NCBI GenBank assembly: GCA_026770705.1
Contig: JANJGN010000189.1
Span: 620,001-684,000 of the forward strand
Source: Isurus oxyrinchus
Lineage: Eukaryota
DNA length: 64,000 nucleotides
Direction: 5' to 3'
This document shows positions 49,881-63,156 of this stretch, in pieces. Numbering within the stretch: position 1 is the stretch's first letter; every line of letters begins with the position of its first letter. The notes beneath the pieces were generated by a model that had not been told where the DNA came from, did no database searches, and saw nothing but the letters and a program-made list of their open reading frames with translations. Position numbers and translations under genes: made by a program.

Positions 49881-50249
49881 CAGAAACGTGAAGCTGGGTT
49901 ACAGGGTAATAGTTATGGCTCGGACCATTGTCAAATTCTATTCTGAAAAAATAAGGTCCTGCATCTTCCCGTCTGATGTTGTTTATAATCAGGGAACAGT
50001 CGCCATCTTTCAGGTCTCCAGACAGCCGGATCCGATGGCGGAACCGTGGTAACTCGTGACTGTGATCCTTGGAGTGAAAGGCAATGGGAGCCCAGGGAAT
50101 CTGTTTCTCATTATTAAACCAGACTCCACCTCGCGGTTGGTTTTCCGGACACAATGGATAACTGTAATGACATGGAATCTGTACACACGAACCTTCCTGT
50201 GCTGTCACCTCTCGTGGAGTGTCACCTTTCCACTCTTGTGAGGGTTCAT
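49881..50249 (-). CDS. Gene B: V-set exon V1 (innermost; Arg present)
   Basis: 369 nt, phase 1-1; DEPSQEW...IPCHYSYPLCPEN...YFFRIEF. Confidence 0.9.
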
Positions 50250-50304
50250 CTGGGGAGAGAAATCTCAATATTTAACTCTGGATGGTTTGTGGATCCACTA
50301 GACT

Positions 50305-51140
50305 CAAAATTTACTGATGAGGCTGAATTGGGGGGATGGTCAATACTGAGGAGAATGGCAACAAATTATTTTGGCAGGAAGAATAGAAAAACAGGATATT
50401 ATTTAAATGGAGACAGGCTGCAGAATGCAGTACAGAGGGATCTGGGTGTCCTTGTACATGAATCACAGAAAGTCAGCATTCAGGAACACCACGGAATGAG
50501 GAAGGCAAGTGGAATGTTGGCCTTTATTGCAAAGGGATGGCGTATAAAAGGAGGGAAGTCTTGCAGCAGCTGCACAGGGCGTTGGTGAGATTGTATCAGG
50601 AGCAGTGTGTACAGTTCTGGTCTCCTTACTTAGGGAGGGATAGAGTTGCATTGGAGACAGTTCAGAGGAGGTTCACTGGGCTGATTCCTGGGATTAAAGG
50701 GTTTGTCCTGTGAGGAAATGTTGAGCAGGTTGGGCCTGTATCCATTGGAGTTTAGAAGAATGAGGGGTGACCTTATTGAAACATATCCGATTCCGAGGGG
50801 GCTTGACAGGGTGGATGCTGGGAGGATGTTTCCCCCTCGTGGGGGAATCTAGAAACAGGGAGCACAGTTTCGGAATGAGGGCTCTCCCATCTAAGACTGA
50901 GATGAGGAGGAATTTCCTCTCTCAGAGGGGCGCTAGCCTGTGGAATTCTCTTCCCCAGAGAGCAGTGGAGGCTGGGCCATTGAATAGACTCAAGGCTGAG
51001 TGAGGCAGGTTTTTGATCGACAAGGGAGTCAAGGGTTTGGGGGACAGGCAGGAAAATGGAGTTAAGGCCACAACCAGATCAGTGAGAGCAGGCTCGAGGG
51101 GCCGAATGGCCTGCTCCTGTCCCTATTTCTTATGTTCCTA
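50305..51140 (+). mobile_element. CR1 3' fragment (duplicated at ~53870-54700)
   Basis: YYLNGDRLQNAVQRDLGVLVHES; CR1 tail. Confidence 0.85.
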
Positions 51141-52199
51141 CATTCTTACCTTCTTAAAATATTAAAGCTGCAGAATAAACATGCAAGTGACTGACCCGCT
51201 CGACCCACCTTCCATCTGGGGCTGGAGGAGGTTACACAGATAGGGAGGTTTGTGGGGGCTGGAGGAGGTAACAGAGATAGGGAGGGCTGTAGATACTGGA
51301 GGACATTACGCAGATAGGGAGGGTGGTAGGACCTGGAGGAGGTTGCAGAGATAGGGAGGGCTATAGGGATTTGAGGAGTTTATGGAGATGGGGAACGTGT
51401 AGGGACTGGAGGAGGCTGCAAGGGCAGAGAGGGTTTTAGGGGCAGGAGGAGTTTACAGGGATAGGAAGAGTTGTAGGGGCTGGACGGATTGCAGAGGTAG
51501 GGAGGGTTGGAAAGGCTGGTGGAGGTTTCAGAGGTAGGGAAGGTTGCAGGGACTGGAGGAGTTTACAGAGATGGGGGAGTTTTTGGGGCAGGATGGGGTT
51601 ACAGAGATAGGGAGGGTTGTAGGGGCAGGACGAGGTTACATAGATATGGAGTGTGGCTGGGGCTGAGGGAGGCTACAGAGATAGGGAGGGTTATAATGGC
51701 TGGAGGAGTTACAGAGATGAAGGAAACTCTTAGGGACTGGAGGAGGTTACAGAGATAGGGAGGGTTGTAGTGGGCTGGAGGAGGTTACAGAAATATGAAG
51801 GGTTGTAAGAGATGGACCAGCTTACAGAGATAGGGAGAGGTATTCGGTCTGGAGGAGTTTGCAGAGATAGTGGAGGTTGTTAGGACTGGAGGAGGCTACA
51901 AATATCGCGAGGGTTATCGGGGCTTGAGGAGGTTAAAGAGATAGGGAGGGGTGTTGGGTCCGGAGGAGTTTGCAGTGATAGGAATGGTTTTCGGGATTGG
52001 AAGAGAGTACTGAGATAGGAGGGTTGTAGGGACTGGAGGAGTCTCCTGAGATAGGGAGGGTTGTAGGGACTGGAGGAGGCTCCTGAGATAGGGAGGGTTG
52101 TAGGGACTGGAGGAGGCTCCTGAGATAGAGAGGGTTGTAGGGACTGGAGGAGGCTCCTGCGATAGGGAATGTTGCCATGGATGAAGATAAAGGAGGAGA

Positions 52200-53200
52200 T
52201 TACTGTAATAGGGAGGAAAAATATTCAAAAATTTGGACATTGAGACTTTGCTTGACCAGGAGCCAGTCTCGGTCATCGAGCAGAGCGGGTGATAAGGGAA
52301 CGGGACTTGGTGTGAGTAAGGACGTGGTCAGCAGTTTTGGATGGCCTCAAGTTTATGGAGTGTAGAGCATGTGTTGGAACAGTCGAGTCTGGAGGTAATG
52401 AAGGCGTGGATGAGGGTTTCAGCAGCAGATGAGCTGAGACAGAGTGAAGTCGTACGACGTTATGGAGGTGGAAATAGACGGTGTTAGTGAGGGCGCAGAT
52501 ATGAGGCCGGAAGCTCATCTCAGGATCAAATGGGACAACAAAGCTGTGAACAGATTGGCTTCAATCTCAGAGAGCTGCCAGGGAGAGGAATGGAATTGGT
52601 AGCGAGGGAACAGAGTTTGGAGCGGGGAATGAAGACAATGGCTTCAGTCTTTCCAATATTTAATTGGAGGGAATTTCTGCCCATCCAGTACTGGATGTCG
52701 GATAAGCAGCCTGATAATTTAGCAGCAGTGGAGGAGTCGAGAGAGGTGGTGGTGAGGTAGAGCTGGGGATCCTCAGTGGACAGGTGAAAACTAACACTGT
52801 TCAGATGATGCTGCAAAGCCATTGCAAGTGATTCTCTGGCTACGATGAGATGGATAAGAATGGAGCCAGGGGAGAGCAGTCCCACCCAGCTGGATGACAG
52901 TGGACAGGTGTTGGAGGAGGATGGTGTGGTCGAGCGTGTCAAAGGCTGCAGACAGATCGAGAAGGACGAGGAGGGAAAGTTGACCTTTGTCACAGTCACA
53001 CAGGATGCCATTTGTGACCTTGATAAGAGCTGTTTCAGCACAGTGGCTGGGGTGGGAACCTGATTGGAGGGATTCAAACATGGAGTTCCGGGAAAGATGG
53101 GAACGGATTCGGGAGATGGAAACACGTTCTAGGACTTTGGAGGGGAAAGAGAGGCTGGAGATGGGACGGGGGTTTACACGGACAGTGTGAGGGGTGGAAG
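52200..53200 (-). mobile_element. L2-type LINE RT fragment (duplicated at ~55760-56760)
   Basis: ETALIKVTN...LVLLDLSAAFDTLDH; WMGRNSLQLNIGKTE. Confidence 0.85.
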
Positions 53201-53445
53201 GTGTAGTGGGGAGGAGACACTTCACTCAGGGGGGAGGTGTCATCACCCCTCAGCTCGGTTTACGTTACAGCTATGATGTGGATTCAATCACACACAATAA
53301 GCTCATGGATCTGGGAGCAGAAATAGACAAATCATTAAAAATAGTGACGCTGGTTAACACGGCCAAAAAACAAGCAAATCAAACACTATTATTTCCCATT
53401 GAGTGTTGGATGTGAATTGTTGAGTAATTATAACACAGCACTTAC

Positions 53446-53814
53446 CAGAAACGTGAAGCCGGGTTACAGGGTAATAGTTATGGCTCGGACCATTGTCAAA
53501 TTCTATCCTGAAAAAATAAGGTCCTGCATCTTCCCGTCTGATGTTGTTTATAATCAGAGAACAGTCGCCATCTTTCAGGTCTCCAGACAGCCGGGTCCGA
53601 TGGTGCAACCGTGGTAACTCGTGACGGTGATCCTTGGAGTGAAAGGCAATGGGAGCCCAGGGAATCTGTTTCTCATTATTAAACCAGACTCCACCTCGCG
53701 TTTGGTTTTCCAGACACGATGGATAACTGTAATGACATGGAATCTGTACACACGAACCTTCCTGTGCTGTCACCTCTCGTGGAGTGTCACCTTTCCACTC
53801 TTGTGAGGGTTCAT
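53446..53814 (-). CDS. Gene B: V-set exon V2 (middle; Arg present)
   Basis: 369 nt, phase 1-1; DEPSQEW...IPCHYSYPSCLEN...YFFRIEF. Confidence 0.88.
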
Positions 53815-56800
53815 CTGGGGAGAGAAATCTCAATATTTAACTCTGGATGGTTTGTGGATCCACTAGACTCAAAATTTACTGATGAGGCTGAATTGGGGGG
53901 ATGGTCAATACTGAGGAGAATGGCAACAAATTATTTTGGCAGGAAGAATAGAAAAACAGGATATTATTTAAATGGAGACAGGCTGCAGAATGCAGTACAG
54001 AGGGATCTGGGTGTCCTTGTACATGAAACACAGAAAGTCAGGATTCAGGAACACCACGGAATGAGGAAGGCAAGTGGAATGTTGGCCTTTATTGCAAAGG
54101 GATGGAGTATAAAAGGAGGGAAGTCTTGCAACAGCTGCACAGGGTGAGATTGTATCAGGAGCAGTGTGTACAGTTCTGGTCTCCTTACTTATGGAGGGAT
54201 AGAGTTGCATTGAATGCAGTCCAGAGGAGGTTCACTGGGCTGATTCCTGGGATTAAAGGGTTTGTCCTGTGAGGAAATGTTGAGCAGGTTGGGCCTGTAT
54301 CCATTGGAGTTTAGAAGAATGAGGGGTGACCTTATTGAAACATATCCGATTCCGAGGGGGCTTGACAGGGTGGATGCTGGGAGGATGTTTCCCCCTCGTG
54401 GGGGAATCTAGAACCAGGGAGCACAGTTTCGGAATGAGGGCTCTCCCATTTAAGACTGAGATGAGGAGGAATTTCCTCTCTCAGAGGGGCGCTAGCCTGT
54501 GGAATTCTCTTCCCCAGAGAGCAGTGGAGGCTGGGCCATTGAATAGACTCAAGGCTGAGTGAGGCAGGTTTTTGATCGACAAGGGAGTCAAGGGTTTGGG
54601 GGACAGGCAGGAAAATGGAGTTAAGGCCACAACCAGATCAGTGAGAGCAGGCTCGAGGGGCCGAATGGCCTGCTCCTGTCCCTATTTCTTATGTTCCTAC
54701 ATTCTTACCATCTTAAAATATTAAAGCTGCAGAATAAACATGCAAGTGACTGACCCGCTCGACCCACCTTCCATCAGGGGCTGGAGGAGGTTACACAGAT
54801 AGGGAGGGTTGTGGGGGCTGGAGGAGGTAACAGAGATAGGGAGGGCTGTAGATACTGGAGGAGGTTACGCAGAGAGGGAGGGTGGTAGGACCTGGAGGAG
54901 GTTGCAGAGATAGGGAGGGCTGTAGGGATTTGAGGAGTTTATGGAGATGGGGAGCGTGTAGGGACTGGAGGAGGCTGCAAGGGCAGAGAGGGTTTTAGGG
55001 GCAGGAGGAGTTTACAGGGATAGGAAGAGTTGTAGGGGCTGGACGGATTGCAGAGGTAGGGAGGGTTGGAAAGGCTGGTGCATGTTTCAGAGGTAGGGAA
55101 GGTTGCAGGGACTGGAGGAGTTTACAGAGATGGGGGAGTTTTTGGGGCAGGATGGGGTTACAGAGATAGGGAGGGTTGTAAGTGCAGGACGAGGTTACAT
55201 AGATATGGAGTGTGGCTGGGGCTGAGGGAGGCTACAGAGATAGGGAGGGTTATAATGGCTGGAGGAGGTTACAGAGATAAAGGAAACTCTTAGGGACTGG
55301 AGGAGGTTACAGAGATAGGGAGGGTTGTAGTGGGCTGGAGGAGGTTACAGAAATATGAAGGATTGTAAGAGATGGACCAGCTTACAGAGATAGGGAGAGG
55401 TATTCGGTCTGGAGGAGGTTGCAGAGATAGGGGAGGTTGTTAAGACTGGAGGAGGCTACAAATATCGCGAGGGTTATCGGGGCTTGAGGAGGTTAAAGAG
55501 ATAGGGAGGGGTGTTGGGTCCGGAGGAGTTTGCAGTGATAGGAATGGTTTTCGGGATTGGAAGAGAGTACTGAGATAGGAGGGTTGTAGGGACTGGAGGA
55601 GTCTCCTGAGATAGGGAGGGTTGTAGGGACTGGAGGAGGCTCCTGAGATAGGGAGGGTTGTAGGGACTGGAGGAGGCTCCTGAGATAGAGAGGGTTGTAG
55701 GGACTGGAGGAGGCTCCTGCGATAGGGAATGTTGCCGTGGATGAAGATAAAGGAGGAGATTACTGTAATAGGGAGGAAAAATATTCAAAAATTTGGACAT
55801 TGAGACTTTGCTTGACCAGGAGCCAGTCTCGGTCATCGAGCAGAGCGGGTGATAAGGGAACGGGACTTGGTGTGAGTAAGGACGTGGTCAGCAGTTTTGG
55901 ATGGCCTCAAGTTTATGGAGTGTAGAGCATGTGTTGGAACAGTCGAGTCTGGAGGTAATGAAGGTGTGGATGAGGGTTTCAGCAGCAGATGAGCTGAGAC
56001 AGGGTGAAGTCGTACGACGTTATGGAGGTGGAAATAGACGGTGTTAGTGAGGGCGCAGATATGAGGCCGGAAGCTCATCTCAGGATCAAATGGGACAACA
56101 AAGCTGTGAACAGATTGGCTTCAATCTCAGAGAGCTGCCAGGGAGAGGAATGGAGTTGGTAGCGAGGGAACAGAGTTTGGAGCGGGGAATGAAGACAATG
56201 GCTTCAGTCTTTCCAATATTTAATTGGAGGGAATTTCTGCCCATCCAGTACTGGATGTCGGATAAGCAGCCTGATAATTTAGCAGCAGTGGAGGAGTCGA
56301 GAGAGGTGGTGGTGAGGTAGAGCTGGGGATCCTCAGTGGACAGGTGAAAACTAATACTGTTCAGATGATGCTGCAAAGCCATTGCAAGTGATTCTCTGGC
56401 TACGATGAGATGGATAAGAATGGAGCCAGGGGAGAGCAGTCCCACCCAGCTGGACGACAGTGGAGAGGGGTTGGAGGAGGATGGTGTGGTCGAGCGTGTC
56501 AAAGGCTGCAGACAGATCGAGAAGGACGAGGAGGGAAAGTTGACCTTTGTCACAGTCACACAGGATGCCATTTGTGACCTTGATAAGAGCTGTTTCAGCA
56601 CAGTGGCTGGGGTGGGAACCTGATTGGAGGGATTCAAACATGGAGTTCCGGGAATGATGGAACCGGATTCGGGAGATGGAAACACGTTCAAGGACTTTGG
56701 AGGGGAAAGAGAGGCTGGAGATGGGACGGGGGTTTACACGGACAGTGTGAGGGGTGGAAGGTGTAGTGGGGAGGAGACAATTCACTCAGGGGGGAGGTGT

Positions 56801-57005
56801 CATCACCCCTCAGCTCGGTTTACGTTACAGCTATGATGTGGATTCAATCACACACAATAAGCTCATGGATCTGGGAGCAGAAATAGACAAATCATTAAAA
56901 ATAGTGACGCTGGTTAACACAGCCAAAAAACAAGCAAATCAAACACTATTATTTCCCATTGAGTGTTGGATGTGAATTGGTGAGTAATTATAACACAGCA
57001 CTTAC

Positions 57006-57383
57006 CAGAAACGTGAAGCTGGGTTTCAGGCGAAACGTTATGGCTCGGACCATTGCCAAATTTTATCGTGAAAAAATAAGGTCCTGCATCTTCCCGTCTG
57101 ATGTTGTTTATAATCAGGGAACAGTCGCCATCTTTCAGGTCTCCAGACAGCCGGGTCCGATGGTGGAACTGTGATAACTCGCGACTGTGACCCTTGGAGT
57201 GAAAGGCTATAGACCATTTAGACCATTTGTTCTGTATGTATCTTCTCATTTTCCAGATTCCGACCTGTGGTTTCTTTACCTAATCTGATGGATAACTGTA
57301 ATGACATGGAATCTGTACACACGAACCTTCCTGTGCTGTCACCTCTCGTGGAGTGTCACCTTTCCACTCTTGTGACAATCCAA
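57006..57383 (-). pseudogene. Gene B: V-set exon V3 (outermost) with an in-frame stop and loss of the essential Arg
   Basis: 378 nt, phase 1-1; VGLSQEW...YPSD*VKKP (TAG at 57280-57282); YFFTIKF in place of YFFRIEF. Confidence 0.88.
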
Positions 57384-58006
57384 CTGGGGAGAGAAATATC
57401 AATATTTAACTCTGGATGTTTTGTTGATCCACTAGACTCGATATCCACCCCCTCCATCACTCGGGCACAGTGGCTGCAGTGTGGACCATCTACAGGACAC
57501 ACAATGAACTCCACAAGGTATCACACCGGATGGAAGAGAATCCTGGACACAAAAGCGGAAAAGTTCATTCTACATTGGTTCATGGTCCTCAGGACCCTGT
57601 TTGTGCAGAAGCCTGTTCTCCAACAGAACTGAAGTTGGGGACAATGCATTTGGAATTCCACTGTCCGGGGCATTGGGTTAACTTGCTGATTTTGTTTTAA
57701 ATCTAACATCTATTTTTGGTCTGTTGCCTTAAAGGGAGTGTAACTGGGAGTCAGGTTAATTAGGAATTTTAGGAGTTATGATAGCAGTAATTGTAGTTAT
57801 GTATGTGCTTGAAATCCTTTATTTTGATGACAAATATGTTAATTTATTGTTTTAAATCTCTAAAGGTATTGGTGGAGTTAGTGCTTCTGAATTCAGTGCA
57901 CACATCTCATAATAAATGCAAATTGCAAAATCATTATGATAGTGTGACCAGGTTTCTCTCAGGGACTTGGTCTGCCTGGCACACATCACCTGCCAAGTGA
58001 TAACAC

Positions 58007-60870
58007 TGTTGTAATATGCCTTTCAGGGACAGCAGCATGACATCACTCGAGGGGAAGTGTGTCATGTGATTTTTAGGAACTGGTGTTCGCTTAAGTAAGT
58101 TCTATGTGTATTTGTGTGTATTAGGCAAAAGGTCTATCTTTAAGTTCAAGTTTAGTTTGTATTTCTGTATTTGGGTGTTGAGAAAAGGGGGAACTTGAGT
58201 TAAAAAGAAGCCAGCATTCCATTGAGGTTTTATGACTGTTGAAGGGAAGTCAAAACAAATACAAGGTGTAAGAAACTGTGCTGTTGCCTAGCAACAGTGA
58301 TGCAGAGGGAGGGACCCACAGAGACAGAGAAAAACAGAAAAGTACTTTCAGTTCTGTTGAACGGAGTTGCCAGGAGATGCAGCAAAGGAGCGGGACAGAT
58401 AGTCAGTCCCAAAGTAAAGAAGAAGCCAAAACTGTCGAGTTTGACAGGAGAAAGGGCCCAAGAAAACCTTCTAGTCAAATCTGGAAAAGGCCCTGTTAAG
58501 TGAAGTTAAGAGTGAGGAGCAGAAGAAGGCTTCAAGCATAAAGGGAGAAAGCAGCAGGACACAGACCTAAAGCAAAATAGGCTTGTGAGAAGCCAGAAGA
58601 TCCTAGGAGACACCACAGGTTGGTGACTCATTACTACGGCCATGTGAAGCCATGGTGTTCCATTGACACGGCTGAGCATTGGAGAGACAGGGCGTGGAAG
58701 GAAGGCTGAATGCACGTGGCGATCCAGGGGGCAGGAACATGGGAAGGAGAGTTTGAAATAGTGAAAGTGGACCCTTGTGGAAGGTGTCTGAGTGAAAGTG
58801 TCATGTTGGAGGAGATTCCAAAGTGAGTTCTTGGAGAGTGGAGATTGGAAACCCTCATATGAAAGAAGCTTTTCAGTGAGACTGGTTGGCTCACAGTGCA
58901 ACAAGCGTCTGGGGACAGATGAGACATAGAATTTGTTTCAAGTGGGCTCTGCCACTTGCTTTCAGAATGTGGTGTCCCTGACCACAGGTCGTCTATTGGT
59001 TTACATCGACTGTGTACTTAGTGTGAACATGAGAGCATAAGATAGTTATTGTAACTTGTGTTCTACTTATGAATCTGCAAAGGTATAGATCTGGGTGAAT
59101 GAGTAATGTCATATAGTTTGTCTTTCCTAGTTTAATAAATGTTTTATTCTTTTGTTAGAAGTTCATCAGATGACTCCTATGACTCTGTTCAGTAGCCGCA
59201 TTCCACATTCCTAAATAAAAAATAAAAGTTAGGACCTGTCAAGGTGAGTTCCACCCTGGGATCTGACTTGCCCAGTAGTAACATCAGCTGGGATGGTAAC
59301 ACCATCCAGTCCAAGTCTCACTTTGGCCTGTGAGCAGAACACAGCTCACACAGTTTGGCTGCAGGTGTCTCCCAGCTTTCTATCTTTGTATATCTGTTCT
59401 CATGTCCCTATTCCAAATAAATGAAACCACAATGTATTTACCCAATTCCGTATCAGTGGCTGGTGCCTTTATATCATTATAAAAACACAACATGGTGATC
59501 GGCGGTGGCCAAACATTCAGGCAGCAAGATTCAGTACAGGTACGACGCGGTGAACAGCCTTAGATCGAGCTAGATGACATGAGACGATCCTCGACGCTTT
59601 CGTCAGACCACAACAGAGACACAGCATCAGAGAGGGTTGAAATCGCAGTGTACTGACTGCTCAGGAAACCTTTGAAGACACAGTGACGGGAAAGAGCTCA
59701 AGTAAAGAGCTGGGGAGCAGACGGATCCCTCGTGGTGAGATTACAGCACACAGCCTGTAGGTCAGTGAGTGGGACAGTGTGTATCGCCAGGACCAGCAGC
59801 GGGTTAGCTCAGTCAGGGAAGGTGAGTGACCAGGGTGTGGGCTGGATCGATAGTGAGCGAGGGAGAGTCAAATACACAAAAACCATTATAAAAATCAGCC
59901 CAGACAAGTTAGTGATTATAACGGGCGGCTTCGAGATTGCTGAACAGCAAATTGAATAAAAAACAAAGACTCCATTACTCCGTGGTGTGTTCCTGCCACA
60001 ACCCGTCTTCGTGGGCGGAGCTTCGGAAAAGCGCACGAAAGGGGCTAAAGCGACACTCATCCCAGGTCCTGTAGGAGAAGGAATGTCAAAGGAATATTGT
60101 CAGAATGTCCACGAAATTCCCCAGTTTGAACTGGGATGTAGCTGACCGACTATCTGAATTCAGAATGTTTAAACAGCGTACAGAGCTCTGGTTTCCTGAT
60201 TCAGGTGTGACTGAACCAGACGAACAAGCCATAAAAATTCACCTCGCGATTGGGAATGAAGGTCTACACAGGCTGAACACGTCAGGATTAACAGCAGAAG
60301 AGCGAAAGGATCCCCAATAGATATGGACGATATTGGAAGACAGGTTCAGAATCAGGTGAAACTCCATATTCATCAACTAGAGTTTATGTCATTTCATCAG
60401 CCTACACAATCCATAGACCACTTCATCAGCCGATGTAGAGAAAAGGGTACGCACTGTGATTTCAAACACAGAGTCTGCAGACAGAGTTGTTGAGTTGGTG
60501 ATCACATCCACTCCCATGGAAGCCTTCCAGAAAGATCTGCTAGATAAGACCAAAACCTATAGCATTGAAGAGCTACTCAAGGATGGACATAAATACGAAG
60601 TGATCCTCGCAGGTCAACGAAGCTTACAGGTCCTCAGTACAACATCAATTGTTGACACACTCACTAGAACATCCAAACCTAGTGAGACGTGTGGAAGGTG
60701 TGGCCTTCTGCAGGCACCAAGGAAATGCCCAGCTTTCCACCAATCCTGCAAGGCTTGTGGCAGAAAGGGCCATTGACAGCAGCAGGGCACTAGAGCAAAG
60801 GCTGATGCAGCTACAAAGAGCCGTGCGCTGATCCAAACAAACCCTGCACAACGGGGTAACTTCAAGCAAT
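58007..60870 (+). mobile_element. Gypsy-like element: 5' LTR (interrupted by a second LTR ~58065-59300), PBS-like TGG at ~59493, degenerate gag
   Basis: LTR ends ...caaca|tggtg; gag-like ORFs at 60105-60776 with CGRCG...CPAFHQSCKACGRKGH; related solo LTR at ~17782-17956. Confidence 0.7.
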
Positions 60871-62666
60871 AAGAATGACCATCCGCTATCCCATCAGGAA
60901 CATATACATGTGGTGACTGACAAACCAGGAAATGGCGATGATGTACACGACGAGACTAGGAGCGGTGATCGATATTCCACCTCTCACACATATCCTGACG
61001 TGGCTTGCCAATAAATTGTGGATTGTGGTCTTTATTGATCTCTCTGGGCACATCAAATAAACTGAAAATGTTCCCATAGGGGTGGGATTTTCTGGCCCCA
61101 CCCACTTCCAAGATTGTCCGGTCCGGCTGAAAGCCAATGGATTTATGTCTGTCCCAGTCTCAGAAACTATCCCATAAACTCAGTTCATGACATAACATTG
61201 AAATATGCAGAAAGATTCAACAATATTGGCAGTTTCAAGGCAGCTACAACATTACACCTGCAGGAGAATTCAAGTCTGTCAGACTCCTTGCATTAAAATT
61301 AATACAATCCAACTTTGCCACGCTATCTTGAGCCTTAAATGGCCAATAATTTCTATGCCTTCCAGGTTCATTTGCTCTCTTCTAATTTTGGCTGTGCATC
61401 TCTCCCTGTTGAACCTCCTCTCGGGATCCCATCCCCTGCCATATTAGTTTAAAGCCTCCTCAATTGCATCAAGGGTGTAATGTCAATTGAAACCAGGGAC
61501 AACATCAAAGAATGACAATCCCACAGATCAATGTGAGCAATTAAAAAAACCTCCAGACAATTTTGCCACCACAAGATCTCGACATAACAGCAGATTACCT
61601 CTACGCTTTAGAGACTCAAATACTCAACAGATCTATACACTTATGTAATTGTCAAGAAATATGAAAATGATACCAGGAACCTCTTGTTCCCTGTCCTTCT
61701 CAAAGATCCATCCCTGCAGCAGGAGCCTGAAGAGTTACTGATGTGGGGCTTAATTTATCAGATTGTAGAATGATCCGGATCAGAAAGATGCCATTTGGCC
61801 CATCGAGCCTGTGCTGGGCCTTTGAAAGATCTGTCCAATTAGTCCCACACTCACCTCTGCTCTCTCCCCCACAGCCCTGCAAAATGTCCCCTTCAAGTAT
61901 TTATCCAGTTCCCCTTCTGAAAGTTCCTGTTGAATCTGCTTCCACCGGCCTTTCAGGCAGTGAGTCAATGGTCTCTCTCTGAGCTGCAAAGTGCTAATGT
62001 TCTGAGAACTTAAAACTCTGCAGCAGATCAGAGACAATCATGATCACTCAGGATATTTGACAGTTTTACACACAGACAGCTTTACCTTCCTTCTCTCTTT
62101 CAGTTATCTTGCTCCCTTATTGAAGTATCTAGCAAGGTGAGAATGGACAGGAAGTGTGACACTGAACAGCCTGTCTATTCTAGGAGCTGCTGTGTTGTCT
62201 TCATGGGAAATTCTGACAAAATCAGCAAAAGACACAAAATTTCAGGGCATTGTTATCCGAGTCCCAGCATCAGGATAGACTTCATCCCCCAGTTGGTGTT
62301 CCTGATTCTCTATTCAGCCGATCGCTCCCCTGTCACTGGCTGACCTACACTGGCTCCCAGTCCAGCAATGACTCAAATTTCAAATTCTCATCATCGATTT
62401 CTTACCCCACCATCCCCCCTCTGCACTCCCGATCCCTGTAACCTCCTCCAACCCTAAAACCCTCTGAGATCTCTGCTCTCCTCCAATTCTGCTGTCAGAC
62501 AGGGAATCAGTGTATATCAGTGAGCACAGGGGTGATGGGTGAATGGGACTTGGTGTCAGTTTGTACACTGGCTCACTGCTGAATCGGTTCCCAATCACAC
62601 TCAATAAGAATGATCTTTTACAAAGACTATTAGCCATAAACCTGTCCGAGCTGACGATGTTATTAC

Positions 62667-62706
62667 CTTGGAGAAGTGACAGGAGGAAGTAAGATTTCCC
62701 GATCAT
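62667..62706 (-). CDS. Gene B: signal-peptide exon (coding part)
   Basis: MIGKSYFLLSLLQ + G|gtaata; same peptide as gene A; acceptor at 62749. Confidence 0.88.
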
Positions 62707-63156
62707 TGTCCACTCCCAAATATTTCATAAGCTTCTGACTCTCAAACTCTGAAAGAGAAAGGAGTTAATGAGACCTCACCTCTTGTCCGACAGCTCTCAA
62801 GAGATCAGAACTGTTTTTGGACAATGTCTTGACAGACTAATTTGATTCTCTGTGGGATGATAGGTGCTCTGCAGAGAGTTACAAGGCTTTAAGAAAGAAA
62901 AACATTGAAGGATTTGCATTTCTATAGCACCTTTCACCACCTCAAGACGTCCCAAAGCTCATGTCTCTGCACTTCCCTCATCCCTTGAGCTAGAAAGATG
63001 TTCTGTGCAACAGACTTGAGTCTCACACCCAGATCTCAATAATCAGTAGAAATCTTTCAAAGGCATCAATCATTGGAATCTGTCTTTATAAAGTCACAAC
63101 ATCAACAAAGGACGGTGTTGGTCGTGGAAGTGAATTCCAATCGTTCCGTTACTTAC

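Larger units (their letters stand above)
49824..56948. repeat. Tandem segmental duplication, 2 x ~3.56 kb (V exon + intron with CR1, 37-bp minisatellite and L2 fragment)
   Basis: 49824-53388 and 53389-56948 are near-identical throughout; V donors are spaced 3565 and 3560 bp apart. Confidence 0.93.

Noticed and set aside
49881-57383. Mutually exclusive V cassettes or RAG-type rearranging V segments
   Set aside because: Each V has ordinary splice sites, I saw no heptamer-nonamer signals, and the DEPS start plus extra Cys fit internal tandem domains better. Alternative splicing is not excluded.
16096-62706. Assigning CD22, MAG or CD33 gene symbols
   Set aside because: Features are mixed (CD33-like V motif and tail, MAG-like last domain, CD22-like domain count); orthology needs a phylogeny.
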